From: Elusimicrobia bacterium GWA2_66_18
Lineage (GTDB): Bacteria > Elusimicrobiota > Elusimicrobia > UBA1565 > UBA9628
DNA: 64,000 bases
Direction of reading: 5' to 3'
Assembly (NCBI GenBank): GCA_001799675.1
Contig: MGTX01000006.1
Span: 44,316 to 108,315, forward strand
Translations under genes and position numbers: made by a program
Notes under the pieces: model-generated
The model's database searches: none
What the model was told of the DNA's origin: nothing
What the model saw: the letters and a program-made list of their open reading frames with translations, nothing else
In this document: one piece after another, positions 63,305 through 64,000 of the stretch
Layout: each line of letters opens with the position of its first letter
How positions within the stretch are numbered: position 1 is the first letter of the stretch

Positions 63305-64000
63305 GAGGCTCGCCCTCCTCTGCGCCGCCGTCGTCGTCCTTGTCTACCTCCCGACGCTCTCCTTCGGCTGGGTGGACTGGGACGACGACGCGCTCCTGGT
63401 CGGCAACGCCCTTTTCCGCGGCCTCGGTTGGGCTCAGATTCGATGGGCATTCACCTCAGCGCTCGGCGGCGCTTATCAGCCGCTGGCTTTCCTCAGCTAC
63501 GGGCTGGACTTCCTGCTGTGGGGGATGGAGCCGAGGGGCTATCACCTGACGAGCGTGCTCCTCCACGCGCTGAACGCCGGGCTGTTCTTCCTCGCCGCAT
63601 GGCGCCTTCTGGAGTTCGGCGCGTCGTCGCGCGGGCCGCAGCGCGACTTGGCCGCGGGCGCGCTCTTCGCGGCGCTCGTCTTCGCGCTCCATCCCCTGCG
63701 CGTCGAGTCCGTGTCCTGGGTCTCGGAGCGTCGGGATGTGCTCTGCGGCGCTTTCTGGCTGGGCGCCGTGCTGGCCTACCTGCGCGCCCGCGAGCCGGGC
63801 CGCCGGAGACGCTCCCTGATTTTGGTCCATGTCTTTTTTGGCGCCGCGTGCCTCGCCAAAGGCCTGGCCGTCACTCTTCCCGTCGTGCTCCTCGTTCTGG
63901 ATGTCTGGCCTTTGCGCCGTCGCTTGGACGAGTGCTTGAGGGAGAAGGTCCCTATGGCCGTCCTGGCGTTGGCGCTCGGCGCCCTCGCCATCGCGGCCCA
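63291..64000 (+). CDS. N-terminal part of a TMTC/PMT-like (DUF1736-type) membrane glycosyltransferase, continues past window end; start uncertain (GTG ~63291 after GGAGG at ~63303 is inconsistent, so true start may differ)
   Basis: Frame translation ...RRLALLCAAVVVLVYLPTLSFGWVDWDDDALLVGNALFRGLGW...GYHLTSVLLHALNAGLFFLAAWRLL... (hallmark YHLxN..LH..N motif); no stop before window end so absent from ORF track. Confidence 0.5.
   Translation, partial: MSVSRRLALLCAAVVVLVYLPTLSFGWVDWDDDALLVGNALFRGLGWAQIRWAFTSALGGAYQPLAFLSYGLDFLLWGMEPRGYHLTSVLLHALNAGLFFLAAWRLLEFGASSRGPQRDLAAGALFAALVFALHPLRVESVSWVSERRDVLCGAFWLGAVLAYLRAREPGRRRRSLILVHVFFGAACLAKGLAVTLPVVLLVLDVWPLRRRLDECLREKVPMAVLALALGALAIAA

Overview
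High-GC (~68%) bacterial chromosomal window of about 55 densely packed genes. Many adjacent genes overlap by 1-4 bp (ATGA / TGATG start-stop overlaps), so long stretches look translationally coupled.

Recognisable core genes:
- 1-12.6 kb, minus strand: tail of queC, then one coupled operon of two Zn-alcohol dehydrogenases, ribD, ribE, ribBA, ribH, nusB, ligA and purH. speA is divergent from it.
- 27-34 kb: era, an SPFH protein, hemW, a PIN-PhoH (PhoH2) protein and valS.
- 36-41.7 kb, minus strand: a homogentisate-type catabolic operon (HPPD-like VOC protein, flavin reductase, hmgA, FAH hydrolase, HAD hydrolase, mutY, BON lipoprotein).
- 44-50.6 kb: murC, rsmA, efp and a secreted S8 protease.
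- 50.9-62.6 kb: a methylmalonyl-CoA / propionate cluster (split mutase large subunit, B12-binding small subunit, meaB, epimerase, PccB-like carboxyltransferase, mdh) and coaX.

Unusual content:
- (a) A 2031-aa membrane-anchored protein with two BadF/BadG/BcrA/BcrD (HgdC-type) activase ATPase domains, a large hydroxyacyl-CoA-dehydratase-like / DUF2229-like C-terminal region and a ~460-aa signal-peptide-plus-TM N-terminal extension, coupled to a TPR protein.
- (b) The split mutase operon is interrupted by an MshE-like c-di-GMP-receptor-type secretion ATPase and a GAF-HD-GYP protein whose metal-binding residues look degenerate.
- (c) A lower-GC segment carries a CMD-family gene and the N-terminal half of a histidine-kinase-like protein that has an ATPase domain but no H-box, plus two receiver domains.
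- (d) A Sec-signal-bearing protein carries a glutamate-synthase-type FMN/3Fe-4S domain.
- (e) An RdgB(Ham1) NTP pyrophosphatase is fused in-frame to a signal-like segment and a large TPR domain.
- (f) A micro-ORF looks like the collapsed remnant of a two-component system.
- (g) At least three PMT/GT39-like membrane glycosyltransferases are present.

No rRNA, tRNA, CRISPR, transposase or integrase was found. Many long antisense ORFs are GC-driven artefacts.
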